Below are positions 27,508 to 37,061 of a stretch of DNA of 64,000 bases, piece after piece. Source of the stretch: Bdellovibrionales bacterium. Lineage in GTDB: Bacteria > Bdellovibrionota > Bdellovibrionia > Bdellovibrionales > UBA1609. Every line of letters starts with the position of its first letter. Positions within the stretch are counted from its first letter, which is position 1. The DNA lies in contig OZ241877.1 of assembly GCA_965203095.1 (NCBI GenBank), forward strand, positions 288,001 to 352,000. The letters run 5' to 3'. Under the pieces are notes generated by a model that was given only the letters and a program-made list of their open reading frames with translations, did no database searches and had not been told where the DNA came from. The translations under genes and the position numbers were made by a program.

Positions 27508-29003
27508 GATATGAAGTTGCTTTTTGTGAAGAAGCCGAAAAACAGGCTCGTCAACATCTTTTATGGCATTTTCACAACGGCAATTTGCAAGAGGATCTTT
27601 GCTTTGCATTGTGGAGACCTGGCAAAGGGAAATCTCGCTATACAGGAATAATCTATAAAATAATTCTCCCAGAAAGAGACGATCGGACGCTCCATGGCAA
27701 TGTGGAGTTTGTTCCTCAATTCCTTTCCAGGGCAATCCATCAAGCTATAAGGGAAAAAGCAGGTTTGGCTTTTATGCACAGCCATCCAACAGATGGCTGG
27801 CAAGATATGAGCAAACCGGATGTGATTGCAGAAAGAGATGTGTTGTTCCCGCCCTCTATGGCCACCGGATTACCTCTATTGGGACTAACTATCGGAACAG
27901 ACGGTTGGTGGAGTGCTCGTTTTTGGAATAGAAAGAGAGGTAAAGCAAACCATCGTTGGTGTCAAAAAACAAGGGTTATTGGAAAAAATTTTTACAAAAT
28001 ATATTATAATGATCATATTCTATTGCCTCCCAAACGAAAAGTTTTTTTAAAAAGAACTTTTGACACTTGGGGAAAAAAGCATCAAAACAATATTGCACGA
28101 CTCAAAATAGGCATCGTGGGTCTGGGAAGTGTTGGCTCTATTGTTGCTGAAACTCTTGCCAGATTAGGAGTAAATAATATCGTTCTAATAGATCCAGATA
28201 AAATAAAAACTCACAATTTGGATCGCCTACTCTATGGCACAAAAAAACATATTGGCTGTTATAAGGTGGATGTGGCTAATCAGTTAATTAAAGAGCATTC
28301 AGTCGCTCATAAACTCAATATTGAGGCTCTTCCGTATTCTATACACCACGAAAAGGCATATTTTGCATCTTTAGACTGTGATTTTCTTTTCAGTTGTGTT
28401 GATCGACCTGTAGCGAGAGATGTTTTAAATTTCATCTCTTTTGCTCATTTAATCCCTGTTATTGACGGTGGGGTAAAAGTGACTTTAGACAAAAATGGGA
28501 ATTTTTACAGTTCTCACTGGCGGTCTCATCTTGTCACACCCTATCATCAATGTTTGCGTTGCAACAAACAATACACAACCAGTGGTGTCACGATGGAACT
28601 GGATGGCACATTGAATAATCCATCCTATATTCAAAATCTTCCCAAACCACTGAGATCTGAAAACCAAAATGTTTTCCCTTTCAGCTTGAGCGTTGCGGCA
28701 ATGGAGGTCAATCAAATGATTCGCTATATAATTTCCAGTGACTGGTGGCCAGAAGTCCAACAACAAGACTACCAATTTTTAACTGGATCAATTAAAATCA
28801 ATAATCAAAAATGCAGAAAGCATTGTGTTTTTCAGGAAGAAAGAATCGCAATGGGGGACAGATACAAGCCACATTATATTGTATCTACAAAAGGAGAAGG
28901 TTCAAAAGAAAAGAAATCTAAAATATTCAAGTTTATACCCTCTATAAACTGGATGATAAGCTTAATCACCAAACTTTTCGGTAAGGGATTTCGGAACAAG
29001 TAA
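27504..29003 (+). CDS. JAB/JAMM peptidase-ThiF (E1) fusion
   Basis: N-terminal E...HSHP.......S..D JAMM motif; GLGSVG, DPD, NLDR, CVD, CLRC...CRKHC. Confidence 0.88.
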   Translation: MRYEVAFCEEAEKQARQHLLWHFHNGNLQEDLCFALWRPGKGKSRYTGIIYKIILPERDDRTLHGNVEFVPQFLSRAIHQAIREKAGLAFMHSHPTDGWQDMSKPDVIAERDVLFPPSMATGLPLLGLTIGTDGWWSARFWNRKRGKANHRWCQKTRVIGKNFYKIYYNDHILLPPKRKVFLKRTFDTWGKKHQNNIARLKIGIVGLGSVGSIVAETLARLGVNNIVLIDPDKIKTHNLDRLLYGTKKHIGCYKVDVANQLIKEHSVAHKLNIEALPYSIHHEKAYFASLDCDFLFSCVDRPVARDVLNFISFAHLIPVIDGGVKVTLDKNGNFYSSHWRSHLVTPYHQCLRCNKQYTTSGVTMELDGTLNNPSYIQNLPKPLRSENQNVFPFSLSVAAMEVNQMIRYIISSDWWPEVQQQDYQFLTGSIKINNQKCRKHCVFQEERIAMGDRYKPHYIVSTKGEGSKEKKSKIFKFIPSINWMISLITKLFGKGFRNK

Positions 29004-29970
29004 ATTGAGGACCAATATATCCCGATTGCTTAGCAAGGTTTTTTAGATATTTGCGTAAACGACTGCTGTTCATAACTCTGGGTCCTATAGTAATTTTACT
29101 GCCACTTGTAAGGATCTTTTTAGAACTTAGTTGTTCATCAAAAATATATCTTCTTAAATAAGGAGGAGTATTCTTAAAGTCTTCTTTTATCTCCTCTGAA
29201 TCTGAAGAAGTTTTTATAAACCGATATTCTTTTTCATATTCATATCCTTTATGCTTATAAAGAAATTTTATTTTATCAAATGCTTTCCAAAATCGTAATG
29301 CAAAATATTTTTTATCTGTATCTGAGGAAAACTGAGAATGCAATAAACCTCCTAATTCAAAATAATCTTTAAAGTAAGCTATTAGATGCTCAAAATCATC
29401 TTCGTATAATACAGGATCCAGTTTTTCAAGCAAATCAGTCTTTTGAGAAAGTTGAAGGGAACAGCCCAAACCATCCTTTCCATAAGACTGCCAGTATGTG
29501 ATTTTATCTCCAATATTAGAATCCTCTCCGGAAACAAAGGAGCAGACAAAAGCGTCAGTATCTTGTCCAGAATCTTTCAACCAAGGATAATTTTTAATCA
29601 AATTATCTTTTAAATAATTTCCTTCACTGGGATCATTTGAGTAAGATGCATCAGACAATCTAAGGCCACTCATCTGTTGTTCAATTTGAGGTTTTAGTAT
29701 AGAATAAATGGTTTCCATACTTGTATAGTGAGCTAAATAAATTTCAGAGGTCATTTTATCTGATACATTTTTACTTATACTTTTTTTATAATAATTCTTT
29801 ACTTCTGATTTTAGAATTATTGATAAAATGTCTATAAATTCTTTAAATTTTTCATGCTCAGCATATTTAAGCATTTCATTTAATTTATTTGTTTGTTCCC
29901 TTGATTCCTTTTGAGAACATTGCTTAATTATTTTTTGTATTAACTTATTTATTTTTGATTGAGTATCCAT
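28966..29970 (-). CDS. DUF2971-like protein
   Basis: HYTS, SNDPSEG, FVCSF, WQSYG..G.G, K...YEYEKEYR. Confidence 0.75.
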   Translation of the reverse strand: MDTQSKINKLIQKIIKQCSQKESREQTNKLNEMLKYAEHEKFKEFIDILSIILKSEVKNYYKKSISKNVSDKMTSEIYLAHYTSMETIYSILKPQIEQQMSGLRLSDASYSNDPSEGNYLKDNLIKNYPWLKDSGQDTDAFVCSFVSGEDSNIGDKITYWQSYGKDGLGCSLQLSQKTDLLEKLDPVLYEDDFEHLIAYFKDYFELGGLLHSQFSSDTDKKYFALRFWKAFDKIKFLYKHKGYEYEKEYRFIKTSSDSEEIKEDFKNTPPYLRRYIFDEQLSSKKILTSGSKITIGPRVMNSSRLRKYLKNLAKQSGYIGPQFTCSEIPYRKVW

Positions 29971-30076
29971 TAATTGATCTCCTTTTTTTCAGACTCTTTA
30001 ATGCTTTATCCAAAAATTTATAACTCCCATCTGAGGATTGAGCATATATGGTTTTTGTATCCTGTTTCATTTTTCT

Positions 30077-31123
30077 TTAAATAAACAATCTATTTTGGTA
30101 GTTTTTTAAATCATGGATTGTCTCTTCAGCAATTTCCGGTGCGATTTCATACCCCAGGCTGTTTCTTTGTAAATCCACAGCCGCCTTAACAGTGGTTCCA
30201 CTACCTAAGAAAGGATCCAAAACAACCTCGCTTATATAGGAAAAAGCTTTAATAATTCTATAGGGCAACTCATAGGGAAAAGGGGCAACATGAGAGCGAC
30301 GGTCCCCGCTTCCTTCTGGTTTCATCTTCCATACATCCGTATTCTTGACACTTAGCCAAAATTCCTTATCTAATTTGGAATCTTCTTTTTGTTGTTTTGT
30401 CAAATGGCTGTATTTATTAAATCCATTTTTTTCCGGTTTGTTAAATTCCAAAATGAACTCGTGCATATTGTTGATTAAAATTCCTCCCGGATAGGGATAA
30501 GTCCCAAAGTGGGCTTTCACTCCATTTGTTTTATGCCAAACAATATCTCTTTTAAAAACAAAGCCAATTTTCTCCATAATCTCTATTGTCTGTCCGGTTA
30601 AATTTAAAGTTTTAAATCCTTTACCTTCCCTTACCGGTAAATTCATTATATTTATAAAAGCCTTTCTCCCAGGTTGGAGAACTCTAAAAACCTCTTTCCA
30701 AACCTCTCCAATTTTTTCAAACCATTGATCGAGGTTATGAATATTGCCCAAATCGCCCCGGACAGGTTCTTTTGTATACATTTTGGCATTAAAATAGGGC
30801 GGGGAAGTGATCATCAAATGAACAGAGTTGTCTTTAAGATCCTTCATGCAGGTAGCGTCTTTTATATAAATTTTATGTAAAGAATTATTAAGTTTCAACA
30901 AGTTTTCTTTTTCAATCCTTTGCTTTTTTTCTTTCTTGATTTTAGGTCGATTTCTTTCATACTCTTTTAAGTCTTTCAGTTTAAATCTTTTCTGCCCGCT
31001 GGTGGAAAGCATGCTTTTAATTTGACTCTTTTTTACTAAGTTGTGCAGAGTTCTGACAGTAATTCCCAAATACTTTGCCGTCTCTATAGAAGACAAATAT
31101 TTTCTATCTTTATAATCGTTCAT
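30077..31123 (-). CDS. DNA amino-methyltransferase (probably m4C, beta order) with N-terminal excisionase/MerR-like HTH
   Basis: LSSIETAKYLGITVRTL...GQKRF HTH; TSPPY precedes VLDPFLGSGTT. Confidence 0.9.
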   Translation of the reverse strand: MNDYKDRKYLSSIETAKYLGITVRTLHNLVKKSQIKSMLSTSGQKRFKLKDLKEYERNRPKIKKEKKQRIEKENLLKLNNSLHKIYIKDATCMKDLKDNSVHLMITSPPYFNAKMYTKEPVRGDLGNIHNLDQWFEKIGEVWKEVFRVLQPGRKAFINIMNLPVREGKGFKTLNLTGQTIEIMEKIGFVFKRDIVWHKTNGVKAHFGTYPYPGGILINNMHEFILEFNKPEKNGFNKYSHLTKQQKEDSKLDKEFWLSVKNTDVWKMKPEGSGDRRSHVAPFPYELPYRIIKAFSYISEVVLDPFLGSGTTVKAAVDLQRNSLGYEIAPEIAEETIHDLKNYQNRLFI

Positions 31124-31173
31124 AGTTGTTCCTTTCCCACCTTTATAACCTCCCGTTTAACAAGAGCATTCAT

Positions 31174-31866
31174 CTAATTTGTCTTTTCATGGGCTGAGAT
31201 AGAAAGCTGTATTTTTTTTAATTCCTGAACCATGTTTTGGGATCTTATCAAACTTCGCCCCATGACCAAAGCGGAGCTTTTTTCTTGAAAAGCCTGCTTG
31301 GGAGTCATAAATCTTTTTTGATCGTCAGGGCTATCGCCCTTAAGACGGATTCCGGGAGTCACTAAAAACATATCCGGGTATTTTTGTCTTAATATGCTGG
31401 CCTCCCAAGGAGAGCATATCAAACCTCTTAAGCCCCTTTGATAAACTTGATGGGCTAAATTTAAAGTTTGTTTCCGGCTCTCTTCAAAATCCTCATTACT
31501 GGAGAGAGCAGTCACAAAAAGGATTTGAAAAAATCTTTCCTGCTGAATGTCTTTTTCCAATGAAGATAAAAGATCCAAAGTTTTTTCCCCCACCTGGGCA
31601 TGCACTGTTACAAAATCCGCACCTGTTTGAAAGCTGGATCGAACGGCCTCCACAGTGGAAGAGGGAATGTCATAAAACTTAAAATCCAAAAAAACTTGTG
31701 CTCCGGAAACATTTTTGATCTCCTGAATCAACTCCGGCCCATAAGGCAAAAAAAGCCGGGGGCCTATTTTATAACCTTGCACATAATCTTTTGTTTTTTG
31801 CACCCAATCTAAAGCCTCTGTTTTGCTCTTCAAATCCAAAGCAATAAATAAAGGAATCTTTTTCAT
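31174..31866 (-). CDS. pyrF: orotidine-5'-phosphate decarboxylase
   Basis: IALD, FLDFKFYDIPST, VTPGIR, DDQKR. Confidence 0.95.
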   Translation of the reverse strand: MKKIPLFIALDLKSKTEALDWVQKTKDYVQGYKIGPRLFLPYGPELIQEIKNVSGAQVFLDFKFYDIPSSTVEAVRSSFQTGADFVTVHAQVGEKTLDLLSSLEKDIQQERFFQILFVTALSSNEDFEESRKQTLNLAHQVYQRGLRGLICSPWEASILRQKYPDMFLVTPGIRLKGDSPDDQKRFMTPKQAFQEKSSALVMGRSLIRSQNMVQELKKIQLSISAHEKTN

Positions 31867-31952
31867 AATAAATATTGTTTCCTAAAAAATAAACAGTTTA
31901 AGTAAGCTTATCAGGCATTGCTTTAAAATTCCCAAATAAAAAGTTTATAAAG

Positions 31953-32921
31953 TTAAGCCTTTTCCCATTCCACTTTTACCGGCTCTTTAATATGAATATC
32001 CCTCTGGCTAAAGGGGATCTGTATACCCTCTTTTTGAAATAAATTGTTAATCTCAAACCTTAAGTCACTGGCCACCCTTTTAATATCCATGGGGCTTTCC
32101 ACAATAAGCCAATAGTTTAACTCAAACAAAAGACCACTATCGCCAAAATCACCAAAAAACACAATAGGGCTTTGAGCTTTGTTATAGGTTAAAACACTTT
32201 TGTGATCTTGAGCTGATTTTAAAAGAAGATCCCTTACCTTTTCCACAGGAGAACCATAGCTTACACTCAATCTAATAGTGGATCGAATCACTTTGTCAGA
32301 CAAAGTCCAATTTAAAATGCTGTGCTCTAAAATGACGCTGTTAGGGATGAGGATATGGGTGTTGTCTAAAGATCGAATAGCTGTGGCACGAAAACCTATG
32401 CTTTCCACAATACCTCTAAGATCGTTGACTTCAATTAAATCTCCGGCCCGGATAGGGTGCTCCGTCACTATCACAATACCACATATCAGGTTGTTCATAA
32501 TATTTCTTGCCCCAAAACCAATACCTAAGGCCAAAGCTCCACCCACAACAGTAAATACAGTTAAAGGGACTTGCACAAAATACAGAGTGAACAAAAATAA
32601 AATGGAGATTAAAAAATAAAACAGGAAAACTTTTATGGTATAACGATGGGAAACATCAATATCAAAACGAGAGAGGATTCTTTTTTCAAATTGAGAAACA
32701 AAAATGCGGATGCCAATATAACCACCGATGACAAATATGATCCCAAAAATAATATTCCCCACTGTGATAGGGGTTTTATCCACATGAAAAAGAGCATAGT
32801 TCCAAAAAGTGGGAAACTGCTCAGAGAGAGTATCAAAAAACACTCGTGCTTTTTTAAAAAATTCCTCCCGATTCCAGGACAAATTTCCAACAAACAAAAA
32901 GTTAAAATTTTGTGGAATCAT
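31953..32921 (-). CDS. small-conductance mechanosensitive channel (MscS family)
   Basis: GALALGIGFG, PIRAGDLIEV, IPNS, NWT, IPFSQRDIH. Confidence 0.92.
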   Translation of the reverse strand: MIPQNFNFLFVGNLSWNREEFFKKARVFFDTLSEQFPTFWNYALFHVDKTPITVGNIIFGIIFVIGGYIGIRIFVSQFEKRILSRFDIDVSHRYTIKVFLFYFLISILFLFTLYFVQVPLTVFTVVGGALALGIGFGARNIMNNLICGIVIVTEHPIRAGDLIEVNDLRGIVESIGFRATAIRSLDNTHILIPNSVILEHSILNWTLSDKVIRSTIRLSVSYGSPVEKVRDLLLKSAQDHKSVLTYNKAQSPIVFFGDFGDSGLLFELNYWLIVESPMDIKRVASDLRFEINNLFQKEGIQIPFSQRDIHIKEPVKVEWEKA

Positions 32922-33063
32922 CTTGTCACCACCTCATCTATTTTGAACAAGAAAAAAATATGCTGGTCTAACATAGTCTAAAAAGCCCCCCAGTTTAGCC
33001 CTGAGATAAGAAAAATTATGCCGATAGCCCTAAGCCTTGTCAAGCCCCCTCAAAAACACAAGC

Positions 33064-35217
33064 TTAATCAGAAGTTTTTTTGAGTAAACTGTCCGGGAAC
33101 CAAGGGCCCTCCTCCTCCCCTGCCTTTAAAATATTGTGATAAAAAACATAGTTTCGGATAAGGAGACGGGCATAAGTTCGTGTCTCCTCATAAGGCATGC
33201 TCTCTATAAACTCTAAAGGGGGCAGGGCTTTCATTTCCTCTTTCCACTTATTGAGGGGAATATTCCCTGCATTGTAGGCAGAGACCGCCATTAAAAAACT
33301 GCCCTCATATTGCCTCAGCAAGCGTTTTAAATAAGCCGTCCCTAAGAGAATGTTTTTTGAGGGCTTGTAAAGCTCTCTGAAATTTTTGTAGGGAATTTTA
33401 TGCCTTCTGGCTGTTTGTCGGCCTGTGGAAGGGATAATTTGCATAAGGCCAAAGGCGTCTGCTGGACTTCTGGCCCTGACATTAAAAGCCGATTCCTGAC
33501 GAATGATAGCAAAAATCAAGGGTTTAGGAACTTTCCATTTTTTTGAGGCTATTTCCACTTCTTCTAAAAAATCCAAAGGAAATAAAAGTTGAATGTGATT
33601 TTTTAAGAAAGAAGATCTGACTCTATGGCTCATCTGCTCTAAAGACTGGAATATTTGCAAATGCCTTTTTGCTTTTTTCCAAAGCCAAATCATTTTTAAC
33701 CATTCTTTTTCTGTTTTTCTTTTTTGACTCAAAAAATAGTAATTTTTTTGATCTAAAAATTGAGACAGTAAGCTGGATTCATTAAACAAAAATAACCAAT
33801 GGATGAGAATATCGTCCTTAGAACCTAAAAAAGAGAATTTTTTGGAGTCCCACTTTGTTTCTTGAAAAACCAGCCTCTCATTTAAAGCACGGCGGGCTAA
33901 CAATCCATAAAAGCCAAAAAAATCCTCCTTAATTAGAGAGCGAAAACTCCTTTTGGCTCGCGAACTTAAGCCCAAATCCTGAAGAGTTTTTCCCTCCCAA
34001 AACAGAGCTTTGTATTTTGTGTAAGGATTTTCCGTCTTTTTTTTCAAAAGGCTTAAATTGACTAAAGACTTTTTGTAATCCTTCTGCCTTCTGAAAAGCC
34101 AAGCCTTTTTCCATAAAATTTTATCTAAAAGCTCTGAAGAAGATCTTTTTCTTGAAAGCAAACTCAAAGCCTTATCCCAATCCTTTAAACAAAGCTCCCA
34201 CTCCCCTTCCTGCTCCTGAATAAGCCCTCTCAAAAACAGGGCTGAAGGCGAGGGTGGCACATCCGCCTTTAAAAGATCATTTATGATCTGAATGGCTTTT
34301 TGGTTTTTGTCTCGATTCCATTCCTGCCGGGCCAAATTTAAACGGCTTTCCTGATATTGTTTTAAACTTTGCTCCGTCCCTTCTTTAATGAGCCACTCGG
34401 ACCACTGGCGGGAATTGCTGATCCTTTTTTTATAATCTCTTTTGGCCTTATAGATACGATCTAAACCTTTAAACGAAAGATTTTTCTCTTCAAAAGGGGT
34501 TTGAGGCGAATTGAGCACACGAGTATAAAAATAAAGGGCTTTTTTAAAATTTCTTTTCTCCCTAAAATCCTCTGCTACAGAGACATAGTCCTCAACACCG
34601 GGGCGAGGCTTTAAACTGGGTGATTCTTTATACAAAAACAACCTTAGTTTTTGCACTTCGGACCCTTCCTTGTCTTGCTCTTTAGCCAAAGCTATGGCGT
34701 GCTTTAAATAAGAAACTCTCAACTCCTTATAGGGGCTTTTTTGAGATAGGTAGGTAAGGGCTTTTAAAGTCAGCTGTGGTTGTTCAAAATGTTTTCTTCT
34801 TTTATAAAGGGCAGAGGCCAAGCTCAACCTCAACCATTCCGGAAAAAGATGCGGTTCAAAACTCAATTCAAAGGGAAAAGGGCAGAGCTTATAACTCTGA
34901 ATTTTTGCCAAATCCTTTAAAGGGAAGGCGGGGCTTTCGCTAAGCTCTTGCATGATCTTGCAAAAAGAATCCTTATCCTTATTTTTGAGCAATAAAGCCT
35001 TATGGTATTTGAGCCTCCACAAGTTGGCCGTTTTTTCCTGATTTTGCTTTTCCAGTGAAGAAAAAACCAAGTGAATTTGTTTTGCCGTTCTTTTACTGAG
35101 TTGAGGCGGGATGGCTATTTCTTCAGGAACAAAGGAGGAGTTTAAGTTGATGGAGGGAGGGGTTTCAGCCCAGCAAAAAAATTGGAAAAATCCGACAAAG
35201 GCCCATACCAATAGCAT
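33064..35217 (-). CDS. slt: soluble lytic transglycosylase with TPR region
   Basis: IRQESAF, GLMQIIP, AYNAG, PYEETR.Y. Confidence 0.9.
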   Translation of the reverse strand: MLLVWAFVGFFQFFCWAETPPSINLNSSFVPEEIAIPPQLSKRTAKQIHLVFSSLEKQNQEKTANLWRLKYHKALLLKNKDKDSFCKIMQELSESPAFPLKDLAKIQSYKLCPFPFELSFEPHLFPEWLRLSLASALYKRRKHFEQPQLTLKALTYLSQKSPYKELRVSYLKHAIALAKEQDKEGSEVQKLRLFLYKESPSLKPRPGVEDYVSVAEDFREKRNFKKALYFYTRVLNSPQTPFEEKNLSFKGLDRIYKAKRDYKKRISNSRQWSEWLIKEGTEQSLKQYQESRLNLARQEWNRDKNQKAIQIINDLLKADVPPSPSALFLRGLIQEQEGEWELCLKDWDKALSLLSRKRSSSELLDKILWKKAWLFRRQKDYKKSLVNLSLLKKKTENPYTKYKALFWEGKTLQDLGLSSRAKRSFRSLIKEDFFGFYGLLARRALNERLVFQETKWDSKKFSFLGSKDDILIHWLFLFNESSLLSQFLDQKNYYFLSQKRKTEKEWLKMIWLWKKAKRHLQIFQSLEQMSHRVRSSFLKNHIQLLFPLDFLEEVEIASKKWKVPKPLIFAIIRQESAFNVRARSPADAFGLMQIIPSTGRQTARRHKIPYKNFRELYKPSKNILLGTAYLKRLLRQYEGSFLMAVSAYNAGNIPLNKWKEEMKALPPLEFIESMPYEETRTYARLLIRNYVFYHNILKAGEEEGPWFPDSLLKKTSD

Positions 35218-35422
35218 AAAAAAACTTTATAGGTAATTTTTAGCAGAATCAAGCGGGATTAGGGCTTTCCTTTCTCTAACTGGATTCCTGCTTTTGTAGG
35301 GGCAGGCAGAGTGGGAACTAAAAAACCTGGGGAGGATTTATGAAACAAAGCGTCTAAAACATCTCATTAATATTCATCTTATTTGAAAATCCATGTTTTT
35401 ATGTGTAAAAGCAGAGGGCATT

Positions 35423-35869
35423 ATGAATAGAAAAAACATTTTAAAGCTGTTGGCTTGGGATTTTGGCCCTCGTTGGGAGCAAATTCTTTTAGATGCTTCT
35501 TATTTATTTGTTAGGGTGGCTGTGGCTCTTATTATGTTATTTGCCCATGGCTATGGGAAGTTGGTCAATTTTTCCAACATAGCTGGCCAATTCCCTGATC
35601 CTTTAGGCTTAGGTTCTCACCTCAGCTTAGCTCTCACTACAGGGGCTGAGTTTTTTGGAGCTATTTTTCTGGCTTTGGGCTTATTCAGCCGTTATGTCGC
35701 TTTTAGCCTTTTATTCACTATGCTGGTTGCGGCTTTTATTGTCCATTGGCCGGACCCCTTCAAAGGTAAGGAGCTGGCTATTTTATACGCTCTGCCTTTT
35801 TTGCTGTTCACTTTGGCAGGTGGCGGGAAATACAGCTTAGATAACCTCCTCAAATCAAAATTATTATAA
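35423..35869 (+). CDS. DoxX family membrane protein
   Basis: HGYGKL, FPDPLG.G, AEFFG, GGGKYSLD. Confidence 0.9.
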   Translation: MNRKNILKLLAWDFGPRWEQILLDASYLFVRVAVALIMLFAHGYGKLVNFSNIAGQFPDPLGLGSHLSLALTTGAEFFGAIFLALGLFSRYVAFSLLFTMLVAAFIVHWPDPFKGKELAILYALPFLLFTLAGGGKYSLDNLLKSKLL

Positions 35870-35911
35870 AAAAATTGCTTTTTTCAAAAAACTTTGTATT
35901 ATCTTTAAATA

Positions 35912-36262
35912 GGGGGTGTATTGGCTTCGACGCGGGTCAGTCACCTTTTAGGAGCATATAGAGGGAGCTTGAGGTCCTCTTAAAAAAACAAGCAAAATGT
36001 AAATGGCGACAATTCTGTTGCTTTTGCCGCTTAATTTAAAGTGGCAACATGGAACCTCTTGCGGTGGCGAAAGAGGGAAAGTGTCGATTTTAGCCACCTC
36101 GGCTTTTCATTCCCTCCTGTGAATGAAAAACTCAAATCCAACAGGAACCATCAAAGAAGATTTGCTCTTGAAGACTCTTTGATTATTAAACAAGAGCTAA
36201 ATATGTAGAGCCTAAAAGAGGAAGTCTTGCGGACACGGGTTCAATTCCCGTCACCTCCACCA
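35912..36262 (+). ncRNA. ssrA: tmRNA; tag peptide (A)GDNSVAFAA at 36005-36034
   Basis: 5' GGGGGTGTATTGGCTTCGAC, 3' GGTTCAATTCCCGTCACCTCCACCA, internal ORF ending in FAA-stop. Confidence 0.95.
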
Positions 36263-36267
36263 TTTGC

Positions 36268-36888
36268 TCATTTTTTAAAAAATAATTTTTTTGCAATTTT
36301 TCCAGAAGTTTTACAGAAAAAAAAATCAAAAGTTCCTCCAATCACTCCAGACACAATAGGAATCCACTTGACCAAATTTACGACGCCTTTTTCTCCAAAC
36401 TTTGTTATCAACCGGAAACCAACAAACTGGTTTATTTTTGTCAAAATTTGTCCACTTATTGAGGCAATTGCTTGACGAGTTAGTTTTTCGATCAGTTTTA
36501 CTCCTACTTCTTTCACAAGCTCTTTATAGGAATCAAAAGCCAAACAACAATATACAAGTGTTTTTACTTGGTCAGACCTTGGATCATATCCTGATATAGT
36601 GGCTATTCCGGCAATCATACGCATTTGAATATAGAAAGAAGCTGTTAAGCCTACAGGAACAGTTATAGGTAAAGTGATTATTCCTCCTACAGAAGAAACA
36701 AATCCACTTGTCGCACTTTTTGCTTTTGCATAGTTAATCAAAGAATCAATTGCTTTTTCTTTATTATCATTTTTTTTAACATAATTTTCTGCTAACTCTT
36801 CTATTGATGGAGTTCCGGGGAGCCCCTCCAACACATTGTCATATATAGTATCAAGGATCTTAATTATAGTCTTTTTATTAAACTTCAT
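36268..36888 (-). CDS. EcsC family protein
   Basis: SGFVSSVGGIITLP, QMRMIAGIA..GYD, GFRLITKFGEKG, IP.VSGVIGG.FD. Confidence 0.85.
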   Translation of the reverse strand: MKFNKKTIIKILDTIYDNVLEGLPGTPSIEELAENYVKKNDNKEKAIDSLINYAKAKSATSGFVSSVGGIITLPITVPVGLTASFYIQMRMIAGIATISGYDPRSDQVKTLVYCCLAFDSYKELVKEVGVKLIEKLTRQAIASISGQILTKINQFVGFRLITKFGEKGVVNLVKWIPIVSGVIGGTFDFFFCKTSGKIAKKLFFKK

Positions 36889-37061
36889 TTTATCTTATAT
36901 TATTCCATTATCAGACCATGAATCAGGAATGTCAAGCTTTTTTGAAAGTGCTCTAATATCAACATGGATAAGCTCCATTTGTTGTAAAAACAGCTTGTAT
37001 TTTTATTTAAACTGCTTTAAGCTTGTGAGACTTTTAAAAACAAACGACAAGGATTCTTTAT

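Noticed and set aside
36227..36475. ORF starting inside tmRNA
   Set aside because: Overlaps the tmRNA T-arm and lies antisense to EcsC
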